Assembly: GCA_902500055.1 (NCBI GenBank) | Contig: GCA_902500055.1_4131.1 | Direction: 5' to 3' (one strand) | DNA: 64,000 nt | From: Escherichia coli | Lineage (GTDB): Bacteria > Pseudomonadota > Gammaproteobacteria > Enterobacterales > Enterobacteriaceae | Shown: piece by piece, positions 27,042 through 37,700 of the stretch | How positions within the stretch are numbered: position 1 is the first letter of the stretch | Layout: every line of letters begins with the position of its first letter | Made by a program: the position numbers and the translations under genes | The notes under the pieces: generated by a model | The model's database searches: none | Told to the model about the DNA's origin: nothing | What the model saw: the letters and a program-made list of their open reading frames with translations, nothing else

Positions 27042-27773
27042 ATGATTGATCGTAGAATTCGATTACGACCTAAAGCCGCAGGTGCTAACTATGTATATGG
27101 TGATTTTGGAGATAGCTCCGAACCAACTCTACTTTCGTTTCTGCGTCCAACTAATGGGTTGGTTTGGACTGTAACACCAACAATTACTGAACAAAGGTCA
27201 ATTCAGTATGAAACACAGTCCCCTATACATACTAACAGTAACTATAACAACTATAAGAACACTACTAATACAGTTTTCACGATTCAGGGTGAATTTTATG
27301 CGAATACAGCAGCAGAAGCTATGTATGCGTTGGCATGTGTTCATTTTATACGTTCTGTTTCGTTGATGGATTTTGGTAGACAAGCTGCTTCGGCTAATAA
27401 CCCCGAACTCGCAATTGCAGGTGCACCACCACCAATCTTACTTCTAAGTGGATATGGTCGTTATACATATAATGATATTCCTGTTATTTTAAAATCTTAT
27501 AATTTTACTTACCCAAATGATGTTTCTTATATTCAAGTTCCGTTGAATAGTAGCGATAGTACTTTTAATTTATCCGACATGGATAGTAGAAAATTCTTCG
27601 AACAACTTAGAAGTACTGGATATATGAACCCACAAGATGAAGTTTGGGTTCCACAAAAAATCTCAGTTATGTTACAACTTGAAGAACAACCAACATCGGA
27701 TTATATGACTAAAACGTTCAACCTCAATGCATTCAAACGTGGTGAACTATTACGTAAAGGAGGATTCATTTAA
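27042..27773 (+). CDS. Hypothetical baseplate/tail protein (243 aa)
   Basis: First gene after the late promoter in the baseplate block; start at the Met with a GGAGA RBS. No motif recognised. Confidence 0.5.
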   Translation: MIDRRIRLRPKAAGANYVYGDFGDSSEPTLLSFLRPTNGLVWTVTPTITEQRSIQYETQSPIHTNSNYNNYKNTTNTVFTIQGEFYANTAAEAMYALACVHFIRSVSLMDFGRQAASANNPELAIAGAPPPILLLSGYGRYTYNDIPVILKSYNFTYPNDVSYIQVPLNSSDSTFNLSDMDSRKFFEQLRSTGYMNPQDEVWVPQKISVMLQLEEQPTSDYMTKTFNLNAFKRGELLRKGGFI

Positions 27774-28087
27774 TGTCCAACTATAGTCAATACTCACCTT
27801 ACGCTAAGGTGAAACAAACATGGTATCTTGGGTATAATTTACCACGTGATATTGTTCCGGCTGATACTGATGATTTTTATGAGATCCCATTGAAATATGA
27901 ATATCAACCTTGGCGTTTAGCATACGAAATGTATGGTAATGAACGCTTATATTATATTTTCGCATTGTTAAATCCAGACATACTAGGAGAAGATCCTATA
28001 TATAATTTTAAAAGTGGAGTAACAATTAGAATACCAGCAAATCAAAGAGTACAAAATTATCTTAATGGTACTCGAAACATAGGCTAA
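27773..28087 (+). CDS. Small baseplate protein, gp53-like / LysM-like
   Basis: LAYEMYGNERLYYIFALLNPDI resembles T4 gp53 (LANAIYGNPQLYWVLLMCNDNY, recalled) and a LysM-like tail protein X motif; TAATG overlap with the upstream gene. Confidence 0.4.
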   Translation: MSNYSQYSPYAKVKQTWYLGYNLPRDIVPADTDDFYEIPLKYEYQPWRLAYEMYGNERLYYIFALLNPDILGEDPIYNFKSGVTIRIPANQRVQNYLNGTRNIG

Positions 28088-28098
28088 TGGAGTAACGT

Positions 28099-30348
28099 AT
28101 GGCAGATTTACGAAGTACAGTTGATAATTTTCAAAATGATATTACAAGTATTACTGGTAAGGCTAAAACCACCACATCTAATGCACTTGATAGTTTGAAA
28201 GCTACAGCAAATACATTACAAAATGATGTGAAAACTATTACAAAAAATAATTACAAAGCAAATGTAAGTAATGTAGTATCATTACCAAAACAAAGTGCTA
28301 GTGTTGATCAAGTTTATGAAGATCTAGATTTAAGTCAGTTTGTAATACCGTATGACAATAAATTATTGAAATATGATAATCCAACATGGCACTTTTGTTT
28401 ATTTGCCTTAGATAAAGATGATTTTAAAAACTTTTGGCTTTACCCAGATGCAGAAGTGCAACGACATGTGATATCAGAAAGTGGTGTTACTGGCAAATAT
28501 AATATCACTAGTGTACAAATGACACAAGCTGGACCTTCAACACCAGGAATGACAACAAACTATTGTTTTAATACAGCAGTACTTAATATGTCTGAAAATA
28601 ATAGTATGAGTCTTTATGATGAATTAATTTCGTTAAGTAACAAACTTAGATATCATAAATTTATGGACTTGCCATTGATCTTGGAATTAAAGTTTATTGG
28701 CTTTAATAAAAATGGAATACCTGAAATTATCCCAGAAACAACAAGACGCTGGTCAGTTAAAATTAATAGTGTTACTGCAAGTGCTTCACAAAGTGGTAGT
28801 ACTATGATGTATACTATGAACTTAGTTCATAATAGAGCAGCTTTAGTTGATAACATTGAATGGACCTTAAAAGAACCATTCAATTGTACTGCTGAAAACT
28901 TTGGTGACTTCTGCTTTGATTTAGAAGATAAATTAAATCAGATGGCTGACCAACAATATGGTTATCTTAGATATAAATTTGGTGAATTATCCGAAGGTAA
29001 ATTTTTCGAATTTAAAGTAGCACCTGATTTGCAAGATTTGTTTATAAACTATGATTCTAAACAAATGGCAGAGGCCGGAACAACTAAAAGTGGTGCACAA
29101 GGTTCTAAAAACTTTTCATGGAACCCAAGTACTCCTATATCTCGAATTATTGATGACGTTATTGATACATGTACTGTACAAGCCGATGATAGTACTAGTG
29201 TGCGTCAATTTGTAAACATTATACCAGTTAAACAATACGTTGGTTTTGATAATTATCGTAATACTTCTGTTTATAAAGTAATTTTTTATATTGTTAGATT
29301 TAAAATAGGTGATATTGTTCATGAATCGGATTTACAACCTGAAAATTTCACATTTGAGTACTTTTTCGAGAACGCAGAAAAATACGTAGATCCTAATGAT
29401 CAAAAACCAAAAATAAACATGAAAACTTATAATTATCAATTTAGTGGGCTTAATAGTGAGATACTTGATTTGGATTTGAAATTCGATCAGCAATTTTTCG
29501 TAGCCACTACACGTAACCCTGGTCCGATACAAGATGTAGCGAACCATGCAGGTACACATACATCCCAAGAACTCAATATTCAAGGTGTACAATACAATAG
29601 TATACCAGACGCATGGGCAAAAACAAGTGATTTACGTGTAACTCGTGATTTAGGAGGGATGTTAACACAAGCCCAACAACAATTGTTAACTGAAGTTGAA
29701 ACTTTAGCAAAAAATCAAATGCAGGTTGGTAACGCAGAAGAACAAGACCGTTATAATAACTATCAAGTCAATGTTTTACCTCAATATATTGAGGATTATG
29801 TAACCACTTATGAAGAAAACGATGGCGGTACTGATGGTGTTGGTCACCGTTATGGTGAAGTGTTCACAATGCCAACCGAAGCAACTAACAATGAAACAAC
29901 TTTATCCGCTTCGTTAAACGATAACAGCAGCACATATGAAATGGATAGACGTAAAATACGTGACAACTATTACAATAGACCTTTTTTGTGTAAACTCGAT
30001 ATGCGTGTAGTAGGCGACCCGTACTGGTTAGGGTGGAGTGATTACTCTTACTTACAATATCTAGAACAAGTAATTAATGGTGAAGATATGGAAATTAACC
30101 CAGATGATTATCATGTAGCAAATTATATAACATCTGAAGCGTATCTATTACTGAAATTACAACCAGTAATATCAATAAATGATAACACTGGTGTTTTGGA
30201 TATTAATACACCAACCACATTTAACCAAACAATTTATCGTGTTAATAAAATTGTTCATGATTTTGGTGCAGGTGGTTCTTTTACACAACAAATTCAAGCT
30301 GCAATTGTAATTCGTGCACTCAAACGTCACGATAGTATAGTTGATTAA
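28099..30348 (+). CDS. Baseplate hub candidate (gp27/gpD-like by position), 749 aa
   Basis: Immediately upstream of the gp5-like spike gene; C-terminal YRVNKIVHDFGAGGSFTQQIQA resembles hub/gpD-family C-termini. Assignment mainly by synteny. Confidence 0.4.
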   Translation: MADLRSTVDNFQNDITSITGKAKTTTSNALDSLKATANTLQNDVKTITKNNYKANVSNVVSLPKQSASVDQVYEDLDLSQFVIPYDNKLLKYDNPTWHFCLFALDKDDFKNFWLYPDAEVQRHVISESGVTGKYNITSVQMTQAGPSTPGMTTNYCFNTAVLNMSENNSMSLYDELISLSNKLRYHKFMDLPLILELKFIGFNKNGIPEIIPETTRRWSVKINSVTASASQSGSTMMYTMNLVHNRAALVDNIEWTLKEPFNCTAENFGDFCFDLEDKLNQMADQQYGYLRYKFGELSEGKFFEFKVAPDLQDLFINYDSKQMAEAGTTKSGAQGSKNFSWNPSTPISRIIDDVIDTCTVQADDSTSVRQFVNIIPVKQYVGFDNYRNTSVYKVIFYIVRFKIGDIVHESDLQPENFTFEYFFENAEKYVDPNDQKPKINMKTYNYQFSGLNSEILDLDLKFDQQFFVATTRNPGPIQDVANHAGTHTSQELNIQGVQYNSIPDAWAKTSDLRVTRDLGGMLTQAQQQLLTEVETLAKNQMQVGNAEEQDRYNNYQVNVLPQYIEDYVTTYEENDGGTDGVGHRYGEVFTMPTEATNNETTLSASLNDNSSTYEMDRRKIRDNYYNRPFLCKLDMRVVGDPYWLGWSDYSYLQYLEQVINGEDMEINPDDYHVANYITSEAYLLLKLQPVISINDNTGVLDINTPTTFNQTIYRVNKIVHDFGAGGSFTQQIQAAIVIRALKRHDSIVD

Positions 30349-30361
30349 GGAATAAAATATT

Positions 30362-33025
30362 ATGGCAGATACAAGTAAAAAGTATGCACAACAGCAGTTG
30401 GGTCGTTTTGACCCATCTTATCCGCAGTTAGCAACTGTTATGGATAACAGAGATCCAACTAAATCAGGAAAACTGAAAGTTTGGATACAAGGTTCTCAAA
30501 GTGATAAAAACTCAAAAGAATCATGGATAGAAGCATCTTACATGTCTCCTTTTGCTGGCAAAACACCAGGTATTCCAAGTGCTGATGCATATGGTCAATA
30601 TCCAAAAGGATATGGTTTTTGGGCAGTACCACCAGATGTAGGGTGTACAGTTGTTGTAATTTTTGCACAAGCCCGTACATTCCAAGCATATTGGATTGGT
30701 TGTGTATATGACCAGCGTATGAATACTATGGTTCCTGGTATGGCAACTGAAGTAAGTAATTATGGTGGAACTGATATGCCACTTCCTGTTACTGACTATG
30801 ATCGTAACACTATCACTACCGATATGCAAGACAAATATGCTAACGTTCCAATTATCGCAGGTCTTAAAAAGCAAAACCTTTTATATGACGAAGAAGCTGG
30901 GTTGGCGAATCGTAGTAGTACTCGTCAAACCACCAGTACTGTATATGGTATGTCTTCGCCACGTGGTAATAGTTTTATTATTGATGATGGATATACTGAA
31001 GAGGAATTAACAGCACCAACGTGGGATCAAGACCCAGATGGATATCAAGATACACAATTTAATAACCCAGTAAACGATACACGTGTTGGTTCTCGTAAAA
31101 ATGAAGGTGTCGTAATAAAAACACGTAGTGGTGCACAACTTCTTTTATCAGAAGCTACTGGTGATGTTCTTTTAATTAACCGTGATGGCACTGCACGTAT
31201 AAAATTCACTGGTGAAGGTGATATTGACATGCACTGTGATAAGAATATTAATATTCGTGCTGGTCAAGATATTAATATTACTGCTGGACGTTCATATAAT
31301 ATTGAAACCGGACAAGATTTCAATGCACGAGTTGGTGCAAATACTAAATTAGATCTAATTGGTGCTCTTGATGCAAAAGTTGGTGGTCAAGTTGTTGTTA
31401 ATTCTGGGGCAGACCTTCGTTTAGTTACTGCTGCATCATTACGTATGCAAAGTGGTAGCAGTACTGATATTACGGCTGGTTCAAATGCTTCTATTTCTGC
31501 CGCAACATCTGCAAACCTAATTGGATCATCATCAGCAATTATTAGTGGTGGTGGTCAAACATTAACAGTTAATAGTGGTGGTAATAGCGGTACTGCTGAA
31601 TTTACTGCACCAAACTTTAGAACACCATCTGCTGGTCTTAATGAACACATTCATGATATTGCTGCATGGGTTAACGCTGAAAATCATGGTAGTTATGTTG
31701 AACCACCAAGACAAGGTGGTGGAAGTGGTTCTAGTGAATCACCAGTACAACCACAACCAGCAAATGATGTATCACCAGAATTACCCGTAGCACAAGACAC
31801 TGAAGCTGTTCAGTTTGTTAACTATACATCAGAAACTGAACAAGTTCAATCACAAGATTTGATGACATCTGATCCTGGGATGACTGGATATAGTATTACA
31901 TATGAAGGTTTACATATGTTAATGCCATGTAGCGGTACTATTCGCCAATATGGTTATTGGGGGAAAGGTGTTCCAACACAAAGTGGTGGGAAGTCAGATC
32001 GTTCTGGATGGGAAATACAATGTAAAGGTGATGTAGTTGCACCAGATGGTGGTGTGGTAGTAATTACTAATGGTGCTCTTTTAATACAACATAAGTCTGG
32101 ATATAAATCTATTTTTTATAATATTCAATCTGATTTATTAAACAAAGATGTTGTTCAAAAAGGTCAAGTTGTTGGAAAAGCAAATGGTGTCATACAGTTT
32201 GAAATTCGTGTTACATCAGCAAATGTTCTTGGATTCAGTGGTTCTGTTGACCCAGGATTATTTTATGCTTCACAAACAGGAACAGGGTCTGATGCGGCGA
32301 ATAAAACATTAATTGGTGGTCAAGCAACTAATCAATCTGCTCCAAAAGCAGTTGTACAACCTTCAGTTGATAGTGATGAATTGGTAGTTACAACAAAAAT
32401 CAAAACGATAGGTACTGGATATTCTCAACGTGGTTCTCGTCATGTGCCTCGTAGGAGAAGAACACAGAGAAGTGGAGCTTCAACAACTCCGGTGGAGCAA
32501 CCTACCTATAATATTGGAAATGTTGATAAAACTGCAATCGATTGGAAAGTTGTTCCAGGTGATGCACAGTTTATTTCTGAATTAAAAGAATATGAAGGTA
32601 CATTACAATACCAACAAGCAAAAGGATATTATCGTAATGGTAAATTCTGGCGTTATTTGGATAGTCGTGGGTATCCAACTATTGGTTATGGTCACTTGAT
32701 TATTAGTGGTGAAAACTTTTCAGATGGAATAACTGAACAGCAAGCCAACGATATGTTAGTTCGTGATAGTAGTAAAGCAATTTATGATGCCAAATCAATT
32801 TATGCATCATATAACATGAAAACTCCTTATCTTGCTCAACAAGTACTATGCCAAATGGTATTTCAGATGGGTAAAGGTGGTGTATTGAAATTTAAAACTA
32901 TGTTATCAGAAATGGCAAAAGGTAATTACAAACAAGCAGCGGCACAAATCCGTAATTCTGCTTGGTATCGCCAAACTACACGCCGTGCGGAGTTAATGGC
33001 TCGTCGTTTGGAGGCATGTCAATAA
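30362..33025 (+). CDS. gp5: Baseplate central spike with C-terminal lysozyme domain (gp5-like)
   Basis: 887 aa. Middle has a beta-helix-like repetitive region (IRAGQDINITAGRSYNIETGQDFNARVGANTKLDLIG...). C-terminal 150 aa is a T4-lysozyme-like GH24 domain (EGT..YQ, LDSRGYPTIGYGH, MVFQMG, WYRQTTRRAE) preceded by a basic HVPRRRRTQR linker. Confidence 0.8.
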   Translation: MADTSKKYAQQQLGRFDPSYPQLATVMDNRDPTKSGKLKVWIQGSQSDKNSKESWIEASYMSPFAGKTPGIPSADAYGQYPKGYGFWAVPPDVGCTVVVIFAQARTFQAYWIGCVYDQRMNTMVPGMATEVSNYGGTDMPLPVTDYDRNTITTDMQDKYANVPIIAGLKKQNLLYDEEAGLANRSSTRQTTSTVYGMSSPRGNSFIIDDGYTEEELTAPTWDQDPDGYQDTQFNNPVNDTRVGSRKNEGVVIKTRSGAQLLLSEATGDVLLINRDGTARIKFTGEGDIDMHCDKNINIRAGQDINITAGRSYNIETGQDFNARVGANTKLDLIGALDAKVGGQVVVNSGADLRLVTAASLRMQSGSSTDITAGSNASISAATSANLIGSSSAIISGGGQTLTVNSGGNSGTAEFTAPNFRTPSAGLNEHIHDIAAWVNAENHGSYVEPPRQGGGSGSSESPVQPQPANDVSPELPVAQDTEAVQFVNYTSETEQVQSQDLMTSDPGMTGYSITYEGLHMLMPCSGTIRQYGYWGKGVPTQSGGKSDRSGWEIQCKGDVVAPDGGVVVITNGALLIQHKSGYKSIFYNIQSDLLNKDVVQKGQVVGKANGVIQFEIRVTSANVLGFSGSVDPGLFYASQTGTGSDAANKTLIGGQATNQSAPKAVVQPSVDSDELVVTTKIKTIGTGYSQRGSRHVPRRRRTQRSGASTTPVEQPTYNIGNVDKTAIDWKVVPGDAQFISELKEYEGTLQYQQAKGYYRNGKFWRYLDSRGYPTIGYGHLIISGENFSDGITEQQANDMLVRDSSKAIYDAKSIYASYNMKTPYLAQQVLCQMVFQMGKGGVLKFKTMLSEMAKGNYKQAAAQIRNSAWYRQTTRRAELMARRLEACQ

Positions 33026-33037
33026 ATATTTTAGCAC

Positions 33038-33045
33038 TATAAATA
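33038..33045 (+). promoter_or_regulatory. T4-type late promoter box TATAAATA upstream of the endolysin gene
   Basis: Exact TATAAATA, 17 nt upstream of the ATG at 33062. Confidence 0.5.
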
Positions 33046-33061
33046 AAACGAGGATATCTTT

Positions 33062-33550
33062 ATGAGTAAATGGGAAATTAAAAATACAGATGAGCAATTT
33101 TTTAAGGAAATTAAAGAATTTGAAGGAACTATTGCTTATCAGAAAAAACTTGGTTATTTTAAAAATGATAAGTTTTGGGTATATAAAGACAGTTTAGGTC
33201 TTGATACTATTGGTTATGGTCATCTAGTTCTTCCTGGTGAAAATTTCAAGAATGGTTTGACCGAAGCTCAAGCTGACCAACTTCTTCTCAAAGATGCTCA
33301 AACTGCGTACAATGATGCAAAATCAATTTATGAACAATTCGGTATGACTGCACCAGTACAGGTACAACGTGTATTATGGTTAATGGTATTCCAAATGGGA
33401 AAAACCAAAGTTTTGAAATTTAAAAAAGCAATGACCGCATTAGGTAAAGCTGATTACAAAACTGCTGGTAAAGAATTGCGTGATAGTACATGGTATAAAC
33501 AAACCACTTCACGAGCGGAAAAGATGGCACGTATCGTTGAATCCGTATAA
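33062..33550 (+). CDS. Endolysin, T4-lysozyme-like (GH24 muramidase)
   Basis: 162 aa; catalytic-region motifs EFEGT..YQ, YKDSLGLDTIGYGH, MVFQMG, WYKQTTSRAE match T4 lysozyme (E11, D20, T26 equivalents present). Confidence 0.9.
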   Translation: MSKWEIKNTDEQFFKEIKEFEGTIAYQKKLGYFKNDKFWVYKDSLGLDTIGYGHLVLPGENFKNGLTEAQADQLLLKDAQTAYNDAKSIYEQFGMTAPVQVQRVLWLMVFQMGKTKVLKFKKAMTALGKADYKTAGKELRDSTWYKQTTSRAEKMARIVESV

Positions 33551-33565
33551 TAAAGGAAATAGACA

Positions 33566-33961
33566 ATGGCAGTTGTTTTTAAAGGGTTTTCTACCCCTGT
33601 AGTTGGTAGAACTGAAACATTGTATGATAGTGAATTGGTTCGCCAAGATTTAATGAATCATTTCAATACAAAAAAAGGTGAACGAGCATTTGATGCTGAC
33701 TATGGGTTTATTGCATGGGATTTGCTATTTGAATTGGAAGGTTATAATACTATCAACCTTTTAGAAGCAGATGCCCGTAGAATAATTAGCTTAGACCCAC
33801 GTTTAAATCTTAAAAAATTACAAATTTCAAGAATAGAATATGGATACCAAATGAATATTGTATTACAGTACGTAGTATTGGACACATTAGAAGAACTTAC
33901 TATAGTATTTGATGCAAGAAGTAATAATCGAATGGCAACATATTCAGTTTCGTCTTTATAA
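33566..33961 (+). CDS. gp25: Baseplate wedge protein gp25-like (GPW family)
   Basis: 131 aa (T4 gp25 is 132 aa). FNTKKGERAFDADYGF matches gp25 TRKGSRPFDPEFG; downstream ISLDPRL...VLQYVVLD fits the gp25 C-terminal pattern. Confidence 0.7.
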   Translation: MAVVFKGFSTPVVGRTETLYDSELVRQDLMNHFNTKKGERAFDADYGFIAWDLLFELEGYNTINLLEADARRIISLDPRLNLKKLQISRIEYGYQMNIVLQYVVLDTLEELTIVFDARSNNRMATYSVSSL

Positions 33962-33968
33962 TTATAAA

Positions 33969-33996
33969 AGCACTCTTCGGAGTGCTTTTCTTTTTG
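33969..33996 (+). terminator. Rho-independent terminator after gp25
   Basis: AGCACTC-TTCG-GAGTGCT hairpin followed by TTTTCTTTTT. Confidence 0.65.
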
Positions 33997-34030
33997 AATA
34001 AATATTTCTATATAAATCATGGAGTGATGT

Positions 34031-34738
34031 ATGAAAAGATATTATGGTTTCATTTATCAATGGGAAGATTGTTCCAATGGTATAAAATATATAGGTTCTC
34101 ATTATGGAACAACTGATGACAAGTACGTGTCTTCTAATATTATAGTTAATCGCATTTATAAGAGTAGACCCCTTGATTTATCAAGAGTCGTTTTGGAATA
34201 TATTATTGTTAATGATAAGAATTTTTTATTGGAAAGAGAACAAAAATACTTAGATTTAATACTTCCGTCTGAATTGTATACTAGTACCAATAGAAAAAAC
34301 AAAACCGTAAAATATTACAACATGAAAAAGAATGCATGTGGTGGTAACGGTGGTATTGGAAGTAATGGTATATTGAAAAATAAAATAAAATATTTTAATA
34401 AAAATACTTTAGAACAGAAATTCTTTCATTATAATGATGACATATCGGATGATTGGATTAAAGGTGTACCCCCATCTAAGGTTAGTTGTTCAGGTAGTAT
34501 TTGGTATCTAAATATACATACTGGAGAAAATAAAAGATTTAGACATAACCCTGGTATAGATTGGATTGAAGGAAAACGCAATACTTCAACAACACCAAAA
34601 AAGGTAAGCACACCATATGGGATTTTCGAAAGTGCATCTGAATGTAGTAGACAAACTGGAATAAAACAAGGAACTGTATCATTTAGGTGTCGTTCCAAAT
34701 CAACTAATATGACAAATTGGTTTTATATAGAGGAATAA
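34031..34738 (+). CDS. GIY-YIG homing endonuclease (Seg/I-TevI-like) inserted between gp25 and gp6-like genes
   Basis: N-terminal YYGFIYQWEDCSNGIKYIGSH (GIY...YIG motif); C-terminal SECSRQTGIKQGTVSFRCRSKS resembles a NUMOD/helix-turn-helix DNA-binding tail. Confidence 0.8.
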   Translation: MKRYYGFIYQWEDCSNGIKYIGSHYGTTDDKYVSSNIIVNRIYKSRPLDLSRVVLEYIIVNDKNFLLEREQKYLDLILPSELYTSTNRKNKTVKYYNMKKNACGGNGGIGSNGILKNKIKYFNKNTLEQKFFHYNDDISDDWIKGVPPSKVSCSGSIWYLNIHTGENKRFRHNPGIDWIEGKRNTSTTPKKVSTPYGIFESASECSRQTGIKQGTVSFRCRSKSTNMTNWFYIEE

Positions 34739-34741
34739 ATT

Positions 34742-37700
34742 ATGTCACAACAAAAAAGACAGTCTAATTTATATAGTGGTGAGGATTGGACCCAGGTATA
34801 TGAAAGTTTTTATAAGATCAATCTCACTGCATTTGATTTTGACACTATTCGTCAAAGTATGATTGATTATCTACGTGCAACTTACCCAGATTCATTTAAC
34901 GACTGGATCGAAAACGATCAGTTTATTTTTATTTTAGATACGATTTCTATGCTAGGACAGAACTTGGCATTTCGTATGGATTTGAACACGCGTGAAAACT
35001 TTTTAGATACTGCAACTCGTCGTGCGTCAGTACTAAAACTAGCTAAAATGATTTCTTACTCACCACGCCGCTCATATCCAGGTCGTGCAGTTGCTAAATT
35101 AACCGAAATTAAAACAAACCAAGATGTTCGTAATAGTTTTAATGAATCATTAAAAGATAAAATCATTCGTTGGAATGACCCGATGGATGCTAACTGGTAT
35201 GAAAACTTTATTCTAGTAATGAACAGTTCATTTGTCAGTACTAACCAATTTGGTAATCCAGTCAAGCGTATTGATGTTAATGGTGTCTCCCGCCAACTAT
35301 ATCGAATGAACACCATCCCAATGACAGCACCCAGTATTCCATTTGTTGCAACTGTCAATGGTGAATCTATGACATTTGAAGTAGTGAATCCTGATATTAC
35401 GTCTGTTGGTGTTGAAGAACGACATCCAGAACCACAAGAGCAAAAATATATTGTTTATCAAAATGATGGTAATGGATTTAGCTCACCAAATACTGGGTTT
35501 TTTGTATATTTCGTACAAGGTACATTGACATATCAAGATTATCAATATGCTATCCGTGAAGAGAACCGTATACAAGATATTAACGTTGATAATATCAACG
35601 AAACTGATGTATGGGTTCAAGAAATAAATGAAGATGGTATTGTTCGTACCAAATGGACAAAAGTTCCATCAATGGAAAGTATTGCATATAACACTGTTAA
35701 TCGTCAATTAAAAACAATTTTTGCTGTTACTACTCGTGATAAAGACCAAATAACAATTAAGTACCCAGACTCAAGAAGTGGTGTTGTTCCCCGTGGGACG
35801 TTCCGTGTATGGTATCGTGTTAGTAATGGTAAAACATATAACATTAAAACTTCTGAAATTCAAAATAAAAGCGTAAAATATACATATCGTACAAAAACAC
35901 AGTCAAGTTATGAATCTAGTACATTGGATATACGTTTTTCATTACAATATGAGTCCGACCGTGCACAAAGTGCAGAGACTATTGAGCAGATTAAAGCACG
36001 TGCACCACAAATGTACTATACACAAAACCGTTTTGTCAATGGTGAAGATTATAATATTGCACCACTTAGTTTAGGCAATACTGTACTTAAATCTAAAGCT
36101 ATTAATAGAATTTATAGTGGACAATCAAGATTTATTGATATTAATGATCCTACTGGTAAGTATCAAAATACCGATGTTTTTAGTGATGATGGTGCATTAT
36201 ATCAAGAAAACACACAATTTAATAGATCATTATTGCTACCAACTACAAAAACAAATGCTAGTATTGTTATTGACAATATTCAACCATTGATTGGTGAAAA
36301 TGCGGTAATACAACGTTACCAAGCGTTTCCATCAAATACAATTGGTATTGAAATACAACAAGCATGGACTCCGGTATACAATTCAAATTATACAACTAAC
36401 ACATATGGTAGAATTTTGGGTTCATCTGGTACAGTTTATGGTTCATATCAGGTTGGTACTCTAATTAAATTTTCTAATTCTGGAACTACTATATGGGCTA
36501 GTGTAGTTAGTGTATTGGATAATGGATTTTATGTACTGAGTACATCGGTTCCAAGTGGAATGCAAGCCATAGAGTACATTTTACCATATAGAACTAGATT
36601 TAACTCGGTTGAAGTTCAAGCAATTTCTGCTATGCTAGATAAAAAAACTGATTTTGTTATTGTACATGACAAAGAAACGACATCATGGGTTCCTATTGAA
36701 GTAAGTACCAATGATGATACTATTGTATATAATGGAAATGAAGTTTTAATTATAATTAATGTAAAATATACAGCAGAAACTTGGGAATTTGATGCTAACG
36801 GTATTGAATATATTTTTGTGGGTGGAGAAAAAGTAAGATTTTACTTTGTATCATCTAAAAAAATTACTGATATTAGTACTGGTACAGTTCAAAGTGATAA
36901 GATTGAAATTTTATCATCTAACACTACTAGTAGTAGTAATTCAGGATTGACAAGTAATATAGATTTTCAAATTTATGACACAATTCAACAAGAGAATGGC
37001 TATCTAGATGGTTCTCGTGTTATTGTTACATCTAGGAAAGTAGATAGTAATGGTATACCATTGGAACCAAACCAATTTAAAGAAATTGTTCCTACTTGGA
37101 CTGGAACCGATGCATTAAAATATGGTGGTATTTTGGTATTTCAGGAAAATAGTGATTTCACTATATCAGTACTGTCGTTACCAAATGATACCTTCACACT
37201 TCTTGATTCATCGTGGTCTTATACAATGGAACAAGCCTTGGCAGAGCCGAATGCATATAAAAGAACTGAATTTGTTAGAAATAACGCAATTCGTTCAACC
37301 ACATTGAGTGGATTATATAGTAAAGGTTCTGGATTTTTAGTTGGTTTTAACTATGATGGTAAATATTATTTTATTGAACAAACAGTTGGTAATAACAATG
37401 ATCGTTTAGGACAGCTAATTAGTAATTTAACTTATTCCGATGATACTGGCACTGTTAGTCCTGAATTGGCTTTTTATCGTGCAATTAATAACATGGGAAC
37501 TAATGCTGACGAGAATCAGAAGCTAGATTATTATGGATACAAAGATGTTACTTCACAGTACACTGTTAAAACTAATGCACGTACTAGTATAGACTTCCAT
37601 TGGAAACACTATGCACCTGACGACAATCGCATTGATCCTAGTAGAACAAACTTAATTGATATGTATGTATTAACCAATTCATATAAAACTGAAGTTGACG

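Noticed and set aside
29116-29592. Minus-strand ORFs 29116-29322 and 29332-29592 inside the 749-aa plus-strand gene
   Set aside because: They are AT-rich antisense frames with Ile/Asn/Tyr-rich translations typical of chance ORFs in AT-rich DNA, and lie inside a gene with an RBS and operon context.
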